This document shows, piece by piece, positions 1 to 12,315 of a DNA stretch of 64,000 nucleotides. This stretch comes from Octopus vulgaris. Its lineage: Eukaryota. The stretch is taken from NCBI GenBank assembly GCA_951406725.2, contig OX597822.1:50530001-50594000 (forward strand). Direction: 5' to 3'. Under the pieces are notes generated by a model, which made no database searches, was not told the DNA's origin, and worked only from the letters and a program-made list of their open reading frames with translations. Position 1 is the first letter of the stretch. The number at the start of each line of letters is the position of its first letter. The translations under genes and the position numbers were made by a program.

Positions 1-348
1 GAAAGCAGTACATTTATTGCATGTGAAATAAGAAATATTTTTTTCTAAATAGGGACGCATCAACTTCATTAAGAAATACAGAAAACTGTAATAGATCTCC
101 GACTCCAAAACATACCCATTCATAACCACTCAGAATCCCAAAAGTTGCAAGCTAATCACATCACTTATAGAAATAACATCCACTTTTAATCATTTGCCAG
201 CATGAAAATTATTGCCTCAAGATGACTTCGTACGTTATCATGGTTGTGTGGTACTCAACATTCCATTTCACATAACATTCATTCTACTAGAGTAATGACT
301 TTTTTTGTCACCTAGGGGTATCGTACATCACATTAAATACCATATATA

Positions 349-1490
349 CAGGGTGCAGTGAATAAACTGTCGTCTCAATTACACAAAAATTAAAATAACA
401 CTGACATCCCATTTTAACAGATATATTTACCAAAATTATTTTAAAATATCTTGATATACTAAAGGTAAAATCGCCATAGGCGTAGGAGTGGCTGTGTGGT
501 AAGTATCTTGCTTATCAACCACATGGTTCTGGGTTCAGTCCCACTGCGTGGAACTTTACGCAAGTGTCTTCTACTATAGTTTCGAGCCGACAAAAGCCTT
601 GTGAGGGGATTTGGTAGACGGAAACTGAAAGAAGCCCGTCGTATATATGTATGTGTTTATATATGTATGTGTATTTGTGTGTCTGTGTTTGTCTACCCCA
701 CCCCCAACATCGCTTGACAACTGATGCTGGTGTGTTTACTTAGCGGTTCGGCAAAAGAGACCGATAGAATAAGTACTGGGCATACGACGAATAAGTCTTG
801 GGGTCGATTTGCTCGACTAAAGGCGGTGCTCCAGCATGGCCACAGTCAAAAGACTGAAAAAAATAATAGTGTAAAAGAGAGTAAAGAATATTGGCTTCAA
901 CCACGACCTCCAGACGACATCGGAATCTCCTGCAAATCTTCTGGTTGTCCTTGCCTTCAGCTCATCTTTAGTGTTACACGGAATTTTGCTAGTCTCTCGC
1001 TCAGCTGAGCCCCACACAATAATCATGGGCGTTGTAGTCTGGGGAGTTAAGTGGTTAAATGTTAGGAGAGATGTGGTCGTAGAAATTGTCTGCCAGCCAT
1101 TGCTGGTTACTGCCATTTATGTGGCATGGTGCCAAGTCCTGTTGCTAGTAGCGACCCTCTTGAGCCAGGGCAGGACGACTTCATCCAGGCACTTGTTGTA
1201 GGTATCCGTCTTGAGTGTGGTACCGTGTGGGAAGACGAATGGAGTCATAACGTCACAATTACTAGTGATTACTCCAAACACCATCATGTTGACTGGATGT
1301 TTGATTTTTATCACACTCGGTACATGTCCTCAGATAGCGCTCTCCTCAGATTGACACCAAGCACTCTCAAATGTTCGTATTGGAGCTTCCGTTACGAATG
1401 CCAAGCAGTAGAATTTGTCATTTCCTTGCGAAATCGCTGTTGACCTGCCTATACTTCGGAGGATTTAGGGAGCTTGTGTTTCATCGTGAC
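349..1490 (-). mobile_element. Decayed Tc1/mariner (maT/DD37D-like) transposon interrupted by a SINE
   Basis: Minus strand gives KHPVNMMVFGVITS..TPFVFPHG..CLDEVVLPWLKRVA, then in another frame WQQDLAPCH..WLADNFYDHISPNI*PLNSPDYN. The C-terminus RLEVVVEAN|GD rejoins across the SINE at 477-890. TA+CAGGGTG TIR-like end at 349. Confidence 0.8.
477..890 (+). mobile_element. tRNA-derived SINE, family A, full length
   Basis: A box TGGCTGTGTGG, B box GGTTCAGTCCC, internal TA/TG microsatellite, tail GGCGGTGCTCCAGCATGGCC, A-rich end; several homologous copies in the window. Confidence 0.9.
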
Positions 1491-1619
1491 TAAGAGTTGT
1501 TCTGACTCATGACTCATATATGTACCAATGCTGGTGTTTAAGAGCACCATTTGTCATTTTAGTTATGCCTATATGTATATATATATATATATATATATAA
1601 GATTATCGTAGAGGGAATT

Positions 1620-2300
1620 TTCTTCTGTCTTGATACTGGATTATTTGAAGCATTTCATGAGCCAAAAGATCATATTAAGTACATGAACGTAGCATCCAAC
1701 CATCCACTCTCACTTATACAGGGACTAGTTAAGAATATTTCTACAAGAATCTCTAGATTATCTGCTAAAAATAAAATTTTCAAATTTCAGGCATCTTATT
1801 ATAATCATGCTCTAACTAGGGCTGTGTACCGTGAAAAATCCAATATATATAAGAAGTAGTTATACACATCACTGGTAATTCCTCCAACTGCGATGCACAT
1901 TGTATACCACCACAACTTTACCGTTTGAGAACACACTGAGGTACAGAATGCAGGCCAGAAAAAATTGGTCATATGAATGAACTACCAAAGAAAACTTATA
2001 GACACAGGCGGCATGTTAATTCAGCTGCTTGTTCCGATCCTATACAGCACACTCGATCAAATAAGCCTAACAACAGATTTAGGAATCAGGATGTTCTCTG
2101 GTTCAACCCGATTTTCGGTTTGCCTGTTTCAAACAAGATCGCTGGAAATTTTTATGCTTCTTTGGATAAGTGTTTTCCCAAATCTAATCGGTTTCATGCT
2201 ATTTTTAAGCGCCACACCGTGAAGGTATCCTACGCCAACTCTGCTAATTTAGAGAAATTTATGTATCACATAAACAATAGTAAAATGTGGCAAAGGTTCA
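1620..2300 (+). pseudogene. Penelope-like element RT thumb/linker remnant
   Basis: YMNVASNHPLSLIQGLVKNISTRISRLS..YYNHAL (~1680-1815) and VLWFNPIFG..LDKCFPKSNRFHAIFKRHTVKVSY match PLE motifs SNHP, WFNPP and IFNRNTVKVSY. Confidence 0.85.
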
Positions 2301-2767
2301 ATAACCCACCTACTGAATCTAGCAAACATTCGCATCAATTTGTAGTATTAGAAATACTCAAGATACAGCTAGCACGATAATAACGCGGGTAATTGGAGCC
2401 GGGACTGCCTTATATACAAATAAATACAGAGGAAAATAAAAATGTCCTTTGATGTATCTCTATGAATACAAATCTTTGTATAAAAATGTATATAAATATG
2501 CGATTATATTTTTGATCTCCTATATAAATGAAGATATTTTCTCCGTTTGGTTGGCTTTCGCTCTACAAAGCAGAAAGTTACATTGCGGATCAGTCATTTT
2601 AATGAGTTGAATTTATTTATCACCCGACGAGATACATCTGCACTACCGAATGTTTCTGAACCAGTTGTTGAGTGTCCCACCCAAGAGGAATCGATGCTAG
2701 ATATGTCAAAATAATTGTCGTTATGAATAATAAATTCTCGTATATTCCAGCTTCTGTCTTTCATTTG

Positions 2768-2865
<98 letters not shown>

Positions 2866-2866
<1 letters not shown>

Positions 2867-2896
2867 CTAGCTGATATATCCGGCCTTCCACTGGAT
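2866..2896 (-). mobile_element. Possible Helitron 3' terminus
   Basis: Minus strand reads TCCAGTGGAAGGCCGGA (imperfect hairpin), TATATCAG, CTAG|T. Confidence 0.4.
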
Positions 2897-4412
2897 TAAA
2901 ATGGAATAGTTTTTTTTTTGTTTTACTTGTTACAGTCATGTGACTATGAGTATAGGCGCTGCTCCTTTATGGCTACAGTCAAGTGAGTGAAGCAAGTAAA
3001 TGATTAAGGAGTTATATAAAGTGATATATAGCCATATATATGAAAAATACACCCAAGTAGTTATGTAGAACCTTATACATGATCGATTTCGGTTGCGCGT
3101 TCTGTATCTGCTTCTGGAAATTGTGTTTTGTAAGCGACAGACTACGCTGACGATTTTGCAGATATCTGCGTGCTTGCATACGTAGATATTGACAAATGAA
3201 ACGATTGGTACGTAGGTAATCGATTTTTATTTCGTATGTTTTCATCTGTCTTGGTCATTTTTACAATTTGGCGTTTTGCTGAGATGTTTCTTCAAACACA
3301 TTCTTCGTGCTAATGGCGATTTGACGTCCATGTTTAGCCGATTAGGTGTCCACTTTAGTGGTCAGTCCTCATAATTTTGTATATATATATATATACACAT
3401 AGTTTTCACAAGGCAGTTATGACGTCATGTAGGTTTCTTCTCAATGTAATTGTTTCATCTATGTATGTGTATGCATGTGTGTATGTATATATGTATGTAT
3501 GTATGTATACTATTTTTCTCATGTTTATATGCGCAGATATTGCTGGAAATATATTGATAGTCCTGCATGTATATGATATTTTAGTTTGTCACGATATTGA
3601 CGTATTTCTGATACACTTCATGGTATTACCTGCGGTGAATCTCTCTCGCACACGCACACGTATGCATCTGCTTATATCTTGATTTTCCTATAGGGTGTAT
3701 TATTAGATATTTCTTTTTTTGTTCATACAAGCTACACCAATATTATCATGTTGAAATATGATGCCGCTGAATTGTGAAACCGTGCATTAATTCACATACA
3801 GTATTATTGATATGGCCTCAAATTTTAGCTTTTACTGGTTACGGATATAAAACCTATCACGCAGAATTGCTATAGCACTAATCTAAAGACCTTATCATAT
3901 ATGTTGAATCCAGTAGTTCATTATTTTCTTTCATTGCATTTCGCCATGACAAACTTTACCTAAGAAACATCTGCGCCCGTTGAAGTATGATAACCACCAG
4001 CTATTTAAGCTCTCAAGCTATCTCAATCCAGAATATTCAACCGTGAATAAATATTCTTAGTGTTGCTTTCCATGTAAGGACTACTAGCTTATGAAATGTA
4101 ATTCCGTGCGCAGCAGATATATGATGGGCTGTTATAATACTAATATCACTTCTTTTAGTTTAAGGCGTGTGTTACTCAAATTGAATTAATTCAGACTTAG
4201 TTATAATTTACATAATGGTGATATTGATGATTGTAAATGGAAAAGAGAAACATGCTTTCTGTTATAGCAATGGTGGTCATTAATAGTGTTGATTACGTTT
4301 TTGTGACCGGCTTTTCCATGTATACCAATGACTTTTTTTCTGAATCCTACAGTTATCAGTGATGCTTGATAAAATTATATGTATGTATTATTTTCTCTCT
4401 CTTTCCCTATCT

Positions 4413-4457
<45 letters not shown>

Positions 4458-4542
4458 TTAGAGACAAAACCACTATTTTGCAAAACAAACAAGGAAAGAC
4501 TTAATCAATACATAAAATTTTAATAAATAGTCAAAAAAACTG

Positions 4543-4585
4543 CCACTACAATTGTTTCTTGTCTTGATCGACAATCTTCAGGTGG
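4543..4585 (-). ncRNA. Minimal type I hammerhead ribozyme (mirror copy)
   Basis: Exact reverse complement of 4629-4671. Confidence 0.85.
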
Positions 4586-4628
4586 ACTTCCAATAAGTCA
4601 GTTTCAAATTAACTGACTTATTGGAAGT

Positions 4629-4671
4629 CCACCTGAAGATTGTCGATCAAGACAAGAAACAATTGTAGTGG
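4629..4671 (+). ncRNA. Minimal type I hammerhead ribozyme, intact core
   Basis: CCAC-CTGAAGA-TTGTC(gatcaa)GACAA-GAAA-CAATTG-TA-GTGG: stems I and II pair, stem III is palindromic. Confidence 0.88.
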
Positions 4672-4847
4672 CAGTTTTTTTGACTATTTATTAAAATTTT
4701 ATGTATTGATTAAGTCTTTCCTTGTTTGTTTTGCAAAATAGTGGTTTTGTCTCTAATAATATTTTATAATATTTTACTATAAAATTGGATTTAATCCTAA
4801 ATCTGATTTTTTTCCCTGTAAATTTGGATTTATTCCCTAATATTTAT

Positions 4848-4881
<34 letters not shown>

Positions 4882-4997
4882 ACACACGCGCGCACACACA
4901 CACAACACACACATACACATGCAAACTCACACACACACAAACAAACACACACACACGTACACACACATACACACACACACACACACTGATATATATA

Positions 4998-5110
4998 TAG
5001 GGGGAGGAAAATTCACACAAAAAAACAAAAGACGAAGACAGGTGGTGTAGACAACAAGCATATATTAGTTTCACGCTCTGGAAGTTAAAACGTATTTAAC
5101 GTATCATGGC
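4998..5110 (-). mobile_element. PLE terminal-repeat fragment (family of 58621-60234)
   Basis: Shares AAAAGACGAAGACAGGTGGTG..TATTAGT..ACGCTC with 58621-58700. Confidence 0.75.
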
Positions 5111-5145
5111 GAATGCAGGAAATGGTGGCACAACAAGGTACCAAT

Positions 5146-5535
5146 TTTTGCTGGAAATAGCAGTCGATAACCGTTCGAAGCTAGGTAAAACTTCATTGAA
5201 TGTATAGAACTAAATACGTGTGCGGGCGGCGAACATAAAATTTTTTCGTCTTATGTCTAGGAACATCGCCAGACATGTAGCATGCATTGATGAAGCGGAT
5301 ATTTTAAATTTAGTCTTTCAGTACACCTAGTCGGCGAAAACCAATCAGTTTTACTATAACAAACGTATTCTGAAGAGTCCAAAACTTGAGTACTAAATTG
5401 TCCATTTCTCTGGTGTTCTTCTTAGAGGTAAGACGAAATTTTTATGCTCACCCGCCCCCATATATCTTTGCCTCTATACATTCAGCGAAGCTTTACCTAG
5501 CATCGAACGGTTATCGACTGCTATTTTCAAAAATA
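5146..5535. repeat. Diverged inverted repeat, ~115-bp arms
   Basis: AAATAGCAGTCGATAACCGTTCGAAGCTAGGTAAA (~5155) versus TTTACCTAGCATCGAACGGTTATCGACTGCTATTT (~5492); TTTCGTCTTA versus TAAGACGAAA. Confidence 0.85.
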
Positions 5536-5633
5536 TTTACCTTCTTGTTGCACTATTTCTTATTTATATTTCTACCTAGACGGTGCTTTATTTCTTTGGA
5601 AAATAATACTATTGTATTGAAATAATATTAATA

Positions 5634-5668
<35 letters not shown>

Positions 5669-5769
5669 CATATTACTCAAACAAATTCCAAATTTGTTTA
5701 TTTTTCAAGATTTATTTTCGATATAGTATAATACAATGAAATGATAGAATATTGAATGTCCATTCTGAT

Positions 5770-5814
5770 TGAACTAGTACTTTCATGCATTAAACTATGC
5801 AATCCTCAGGTTCA
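5770..5814 (-). ncRNA. Minimal hammerhead ribozyme, intact core
   Basis: Minus: TGAAC-CTGAGGA-tTGCAT(agttta)ATGCAt-GAAA-GTAC-TA-GTTCA; U-U mismatch at the base of stem II. Confidence 0.82.
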
Positions 5815-6049
5815 GGTATTAGAGGCGACAGTTATGTTTGACAATTTAAATCTGTAGTGAGATGGGTAAACTGTGTGCCTCATATACATTCGTATAGACT
5901 CCAGAATGTTAATTTTTAGCAAACTATATTCTGACTAATAGGTATGTGGTTTTACTAAATTACATACATTGATTGGTGTTTGGTTTAAGCGTCATGGTTT
6001 GTTGGACATGTCAAGAGACTTCCATTTTGACCATGAGAGAGAGAGATAA

Positions 6050-6381
6050 AATGTCCATTTTACAAACTATGCAGTCCAAACGAAATTCAGAGAAAAATCA
6101 GAGGAAAGAAACTTAATAAATTCCAACCCAAGCCAGATACAGAATAATACTAAAACTTAAAGGTACTATTTCTACTGCTACGAACACTAGCAAAAACAAC
6201 AGCAACAATACTAAAGGTGTTCATGATGACGATACTAGCAAAAATTACTTGTTAAAGGTGCATCCTTTAACTAGTTTTGATCACATCGTTATGTCTGTTC
6301 TATTTTAACAAAAATGTCCGACGAACGGGAACGTGAAACTCTGAGTAACAGAATCTAATATTTTCTGCTGCTTTTAATAAA

Positions 6382-6385
<4 letters not shown>
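6050..6385 (+). mobile_element. PLE 3' end (GIY-YIG tail plus terminal repeat)
   Basis: FYKLCSPNEIQRKI..NKFQP-like tail, HHR motif at 6315, AATAAA followed by (TA)n. Confidence 0.55.
6315..6350 (+). ncRNA. Minimal hammerhead motif with U4C core change
   Basis: TGT-CCGACGA-ACG(ggaa)CGT-GAAA-CTC(t)GAG-TA-ACA. Confidence 0.65.
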
Positions 6386-6431
<46 letters not shown>

Positions 6432-6796
6432 AGAGCGAGTGAGAGAGAGAGAGAGAGAGAGGAGTGCGAGAATGAAAGATAGATATAGATATATGGGTTG
6501 AATACGATTACAATGGATCCAAAATCACGAAAAATTAAGTTAGTGAATACATATCACGTTAACTGGCAGAAGAGATAATGTCGTTAAATGCTAAGATTAT
6601 TTCAGATAACTTTCTTGTTATTATATAATGGTAAATTAATTACATATTTTCAAAAGACTTTAAACATAAACTGACTTGTAAAAAGAAATAGAAATACTTA
6701 CAACAATATTGTGTAGGGTTCGATATGATCGATTGTACCCCTTCCTCACAAACATCCAGACATTGTGCCCATAATAGAAAGGATTATTATTAAAAA

Positions 6797-7235
6797 GACG
6801 GTGAGATGCCAGAATCGTTAGCAAGCCGGGCAAAATACCTTGCAGCATTTTGTCCGTCTTTACGTTCTGAGTTTAAATTTCGGTGAGGTCGACTTTGCCT
6901 TCCATCATTTCGGAGATCGATACAATATGTACCAGTTGAACACTGGAGTCAATGACATACTCTCCCTCAAAATTGCTGCCCTTGCAGCAAAATTTCAAGT
7001 CATTATCTTTATCATTGTTAAGACGGATTGCTGGCAGAATCTCAAACCGTCTGGAAGAAAGGCTTAACTGTTTTTCGCCCCTCGCTAGGTTCTGTGTTCA
7101 AATTGCGCCGAGTTCGACTTTGCCTTTCATTCTTTCCATATCGATAAATTAAGTACCAGTTACGCACTGGGGTCGCTGTAATCAGCTATTTCTCTCCTCC
7201 AAAATTTAATGCTTTTTGCCTAAATTAGAAAAGAT
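6797..7235 (+). mobile_element. Two tandem copies of SINE family B
   Basis: Units ~6797-6997 and ~7020-7235 share CAGAATC..GTTCTG(A/T)GTT(T/C)AAATT..TCGACTTTGCCTT(C/T)CAT..TCGATA..GTACCAGTT..CACTGG. Confidence 0.8.
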
Positions 7236-9191
7236 TATCATTATTAAGGCATGCATGTAAGATTGTATGTGTATATATATATATATATTTATGATAATAA
7301 GCACATTACACAAAGATACTTATAATTCATTTCATACAAAGTCTTATTTACAATAACACAATTTTCTATACTAGTTTCACGTTTTCTTATAGTATTAACT
7401 ATGACTCATTTACTATTCAAACTTTGCTTTGATATTGATGCTTGTTAGTTTTATATAAAATATTTAATAACATAGCGTTTTTATCGTTTGATTTATGTTG
7501 ATTATACCTACTGTACAAGGAGAGAAATAAGTAATTAATTTACTTATTTTGTATTGAAGAAAGACAGCAGCAGCCTATATATAAATCTGTGGAAGAATAA
7601 ATAACGTAGTTTATTTAATAAATCAGGGGGGAAAATCGATATCCAGTTCAATAAAAACCGTTATATATCCACATTCGTACATTCCAGTATATGCAAACCC
7701 GTGTTGTCAAATATTCCGCATAAGCGCACTAATATTATGCTTAATACTTTCTTACTAGTATTTTGCCTCGATATTTCTTCTAATCACTTAGCAATATCCA
7801 TTATCATTAATGCATTCACCTTGTAATTTTGAATTTAATTATTTCGTTTTATTTATTTTTTTGGTAAATTTTGCTCATTTCTAGTGTGATAATGAAAAAT
7901 ATACGGAACATTCTTAACCAAATAAATAGGATATGTGATTCCAAATCACACAAAGGATGTCTTCATTTTTTGTGTCTGTTCATGACAACGAATACATGTT
8001 GGCTTGCACATTTTCTAGATAATGTTTCAATTTACTTAATATGAATGACTTGACACATTTTATTATTGTTACGTATTTATATTGTTATAAATTTTTCTTG
8101 ACATGATATAATATTTACACTAAAGTGAAAATTAATACATATTTACGAATCTCAATCTAAAATAAATAGACAATTATCGTTAATCGATTATAACGGATAA
8201 ATGGTTTTATTTTACATAACTTTACAATTAAAATTTCATTGAAATCTTAATTTATTTGAAATAGAGGCGAAATTGGACCATTAATAAACTCGTATGTTAA
8301 AACATTTCGCAAACTCATACAGACACAAACGCACGCGCTCGCACATACACACATACACAAAAACACACATACACACACACACACACAAACGCACACATAC
8401 ACACACAAGCAATGATACTCTTTCTAGTAGTATCTATTGCATGGTATACTCTCTCCCTAATGTTTCTTTTATTCTACCTCTTCTCTCTCTCGAACACCAA
8501 CAATTTATCTTGTTTGCTTCACTTGTTCTCTCCGAGAAATAGTGCCTTACATCCATGCACTGGCACACAATTCTATCATATACTCCACATTAGTCTTGCC
8601 TCCCCTCTTATTTCGTGATCATTACTGCTCTGCGCTTTCCTCACACACAAAATGCAATATTTTACACTCTGATTAACCGACATCATTAAAAATTCTCACA
8701 TCTCTACACATATGCGCCCACGCAAAACAATAAATACAACACCTCCCCCTTATGTTTATCGTAGAATGCAGATACACCCTCTACACGGGCAAATAACGAC
8801 ACTCTTCTTCGCTTCTTAACTACCCCTTAGAACCATAATTTCTTCATGATTTCTAACCACTTATCAGTTTTATTCATTTCTTTGCAAGCAATTTTCCGCT
8901 TTCTCACATGACTATGCTTTAATTCTGATAAAGATCTATCATCCAAAATGTTAAGAGTTTTTAAATCTTGTTAAAACTTACCCTTCCTGTGCTGTTGTTT
9001 TCCTTCTTGTTCTGATAAATTACATTTATGTGATGTGCATATGATAATTAGCCATAAATCAGAGATGATAGTGGTGCACTCAAGGCGGTGTGTTTTCCGA
9101 GATACACTTCATCCAAAGTTGCAGTGCCATCAATTCAACAAGCTTATGTGTGTGACTATGTATGTGTGTATATATATATATATATATTGTT

Positions 9192-9564
9192 CCTTCTTTC
9201 AGTAATTTTGAGTGCGGCCATGCTGGAGCACCGCCTTTTAGTCGAACAACTCGACCTCCGGGACTTATTCTTTTGGTAAGCCCAGTACTTATTCTATCGG
9301 TCTATTTTTGCCGAACCGCTAAGTAACGGGGACGTAAACACACCAGCATCGGTTGTCAAACACTGCTAGAGGGACAAACACAGACTCACGCATATATATA
9401 CATATATACGACGGGCTTCTTTCAGTTTCCGTCTACCAAATCCACTCACAAGGCTTTGGTCGGCTCGAGGCTATAGTAGACGACACTTGCCCACGGTGCC
9501 ACGCAGTGGGACTGAACCCGGAACCATGTGGTTGGTAAGCAAGCTACTTACCACACAGCCACTC
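9192..9564 (-). mobile_element. SINE family A, near full length
   Basis: Reverse complement aligns with 477-890 over head and tail. Confidence 0.92.
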
Positions 9565-9659
9565 ATGTTAAGAAACAACAGAATGAAAGATGCCTCGATA
9601 TTATGTAAATAGACGAATTTATCTGTAGATGTAATATGTGACAATTATTCGGTAACCAT

Positions 9660-9720
9660 GATAAAGCTCCGAGTTTCGGATGTCGGGGTGGAAATCCACG
9701 CCGCCATCTCTTCAGTTATC
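9660..9720 (-). ncRNA. Hammerhead motif with long stem II and U16.1C change
   Basis: Minus: GATAA-CTGAAGA-GATGgCGGcGTGGA(tt)TCCACcCCGaCATCc-GAAA-CTC(g)GAG-CT-TTATC. Confidence 0.7.
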
Positions 9721-9847
9721 CGGCAATCGGAAAAAATGCTATGAAAATGACCTTACATATGTATGTGCGTATCTACAGGTGTGTTCGTGTATATATATTT
9801 ATGTTAATATATGTATATGTGTATATGCATATATGTGTGTGGATATA

Positions 9848-9894
<47 letters not shown>

Positions 9895-10682
9895 ATATTT
9901 ATATACATATATCAGCGCAAGAGTGGATGCGTGCGTATTTGTGTCCGTGTTTGTACATTTACCATCCCTTCACAACCAATGTTGGTCTGTTTACGTCTCC
10001 GTGACCTAGGGGTTCGGCAAGATAAAGTGATGGGAGGTACTTCGAACCCGGAGGAAGTGGAACTATTGGTCATCTTCTACAAAGACGGATAGGCAGAAAA
10101 GGTGGTAGAAAAACACCATAAGAGAGTGCCTTTAACCTTCACACAGGATCCCGAATGGCCGCCCCAGATAGCTGTGCACGTCATAAAGATGTATGTGGGG
10201 TTTACACTGTAGGAACTCAACGAGGAATATCGCTTGTGGCCGGGCGACGCAGGCTCGGATCCCGCCTTGGTCTTGAATGAGGCGTGGGGGATGGTGGAGT
10301 ATACGGGAACAAGCGATGACGGGGAGGAATAATGGCAAGAAGTTGAAAAGCCTCAGTGTTACAATGTTTAATGTTTATTGCAAGTTATTATGTTTAAGAG
10401 GCTTAACGCCCCAATTTTAAAACTGAGGTAAGAGGTTCATTACCTCGTTTTGTCTTTTTCCGTAGAAAAAAGGAGAGAATAATGTTTTAGCGAAAATCAG
10501 CGGGCGATTTTTGTCTTCTCTCATTTTTATCATCCTTATCATCATTCACCTCACCAATGCCTGTGTCTAGCCCGCAAGCTACTCTGTATCATATCTTTAT
10601 GGCAAACTCTTTCAAATAAATAGCTTGCTTAGCAACCACATGATAATTTATGTACTGTCATGGAAAAAAATTTTGCTAGTAG

Positions 10683-10975
10683 AATGCAGAATAATCGGAG
10701 TGCAGAATAATCGGAGCATTGAAATTGTACATGCATCAAGAAAATGCAATAATAAGGTTTAGCAGTTCAACACTGTGACTACGGAAATGCAGAATTAAGT
10801 CCGCTGAATCTGGAATCAAACATTTAAGTACTCTCATCGGAAACGTTTCACTGGAGAAATGCAGAATTATCGGAGTTATGGGCATTGGAAGTGTAGATGC
10901 ATCAGGAAAGTCCAATAGTAATATCTAGCAGTTGAAACATGAGTATTGAAATGCAGAATTAGGTCCGCTGACCGT
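10683..10975 (+). repeat. Diverged tandem duplication; related copy at ~16170-16237 (minus)
   Basis: TGCAGAAT.ATCGGAG..GCATTG.AA.TGTA.ATGCATCA..TAGCAGTT..GAAATGCAGAATTA.GTCCGCTGA occurs twice. Confidence 0.75.
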
Positions 10976-11252
10976 GAGAATAAAGTATTGATCGCTTCGC
11001 TAACGACTAACAACTGTAAGTGCAGGTGCTATAGTTTATTTCACTTGAGTGCTTCAAAAAGATATGGTGCAGGCGCTATGGGTTATTTCCTTTCTTTTCT
11101 TTTCTTTGCTCCACATAAAATTCCTTCAGCCTTTAGAAGTCATAACATAGCAGTTTTGCGTGGAGAGCAGTAATGTGGCAAATACCTTATCATATAGCAT
11201 GAAATGATTGTGGATTAACCATGGATAAATTCATCGTCTGTGAGTATGAAAT

Positions 11253-11458
11253 TCCTCCTCATATCTCTGGAAATTTAAATCTACACTACGGATTAATTCA
11301 CCTTCTCTGTGAAGCTAATAAGCTTTTAAAAACCTGTGATAAGTCTGTGTATCATCCTCCTCATATCTCTGGAAATTTACATCTACACTACGGATTAATT
11401 CACCTTCTCTGTGAAGCTAATAAGCTTTTAAGAACATGTGATAAGACTGTGCATCATC
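11253..11458 (+). repeat. 102-bp tandem duplication
   Basis: CCTCCTCATATCTCTGGAAATTTA.. starts at 11254 and 11356, with few mismatches. Confidence 0.95.
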
Positions 11459-12123
11459 ATTAAAGAACTTTGGAAACCTGTTTGCAACCTAAATCTGCCT
11501 TTAATGAAATTATCTCCAATACTTCGTGAGTATAGCCTCACCCACTAAGATGTTTGGAGAACTCATATGTATTTTTAGCTGATGAGTACGGGACACTTTT
11601 ATCTGCTGCAATTTTTGCAACTTTTAATAAAGCCTGTCTTTGTATGAAACAATTGTACTAAAAACTAATCCATTGTTGCTTCTTTCTCGTTTATAATCAC
11701 CCCACATTACTGTATGGTTAACACCATATAGTTTTCTGGTGCATCTAAGTTAAGTACCATATTCAAGTAACTTCATTGGAATTGACTTGAATCTTAATTG
11801 CTTTTATTGTATATATATATATATATATATATATAAGGAATGAAGTAGATAAAATCCGGAATAAATAGATGTCACACCGGTAAATATGCAAGCCAGTTAT
11901 ATACCGCGGGTTATGTAGGCAGAGTTAGCGGCTATAATAACCGAATAAGGGATAAAATATCCGTATATACTGTCGCTAACCTTTACACATGTTATCTCAG
12001 TATATGGGTATGCTGGAACACTATGCTCGTAAAGATCATGTAACAACAGAATAAACAAAAGTTTATCAGGAAACAAGTATAAAAATTCAGAAAATGATCT
12101 GGGGTTATCTACATTTCTGATTT

Positions 12124-12187
<64 letters not shown>

Positions 12188-12315
12188 TTACTTGGAAAAG
12201 GATGCGTGGCGTTCGATCATGTAATAATATAAATAACATATATGTATCTATATATCCATATATTTATATATTATTTATATGATATATATATATATATATA
12301 TATAATCTATTATCT

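Larger units (their letters stand above)
4451..4763. repeat. Perfect inverted repeat, 153-bp arms, 7-nt spacer (PLE terminal-repeat fold-back)
   Basis: 4451-4603 is the reverse complement of 4611-4763; spacer TCAAATT. The plus arm continues unpaired to ~4850. Confidence 0.95.

Noticed and set aside
10030-10340. GC-richer island, possible exon or retroelement ORF1
   Set aside because: Interrupted frames and no recognisable motif.
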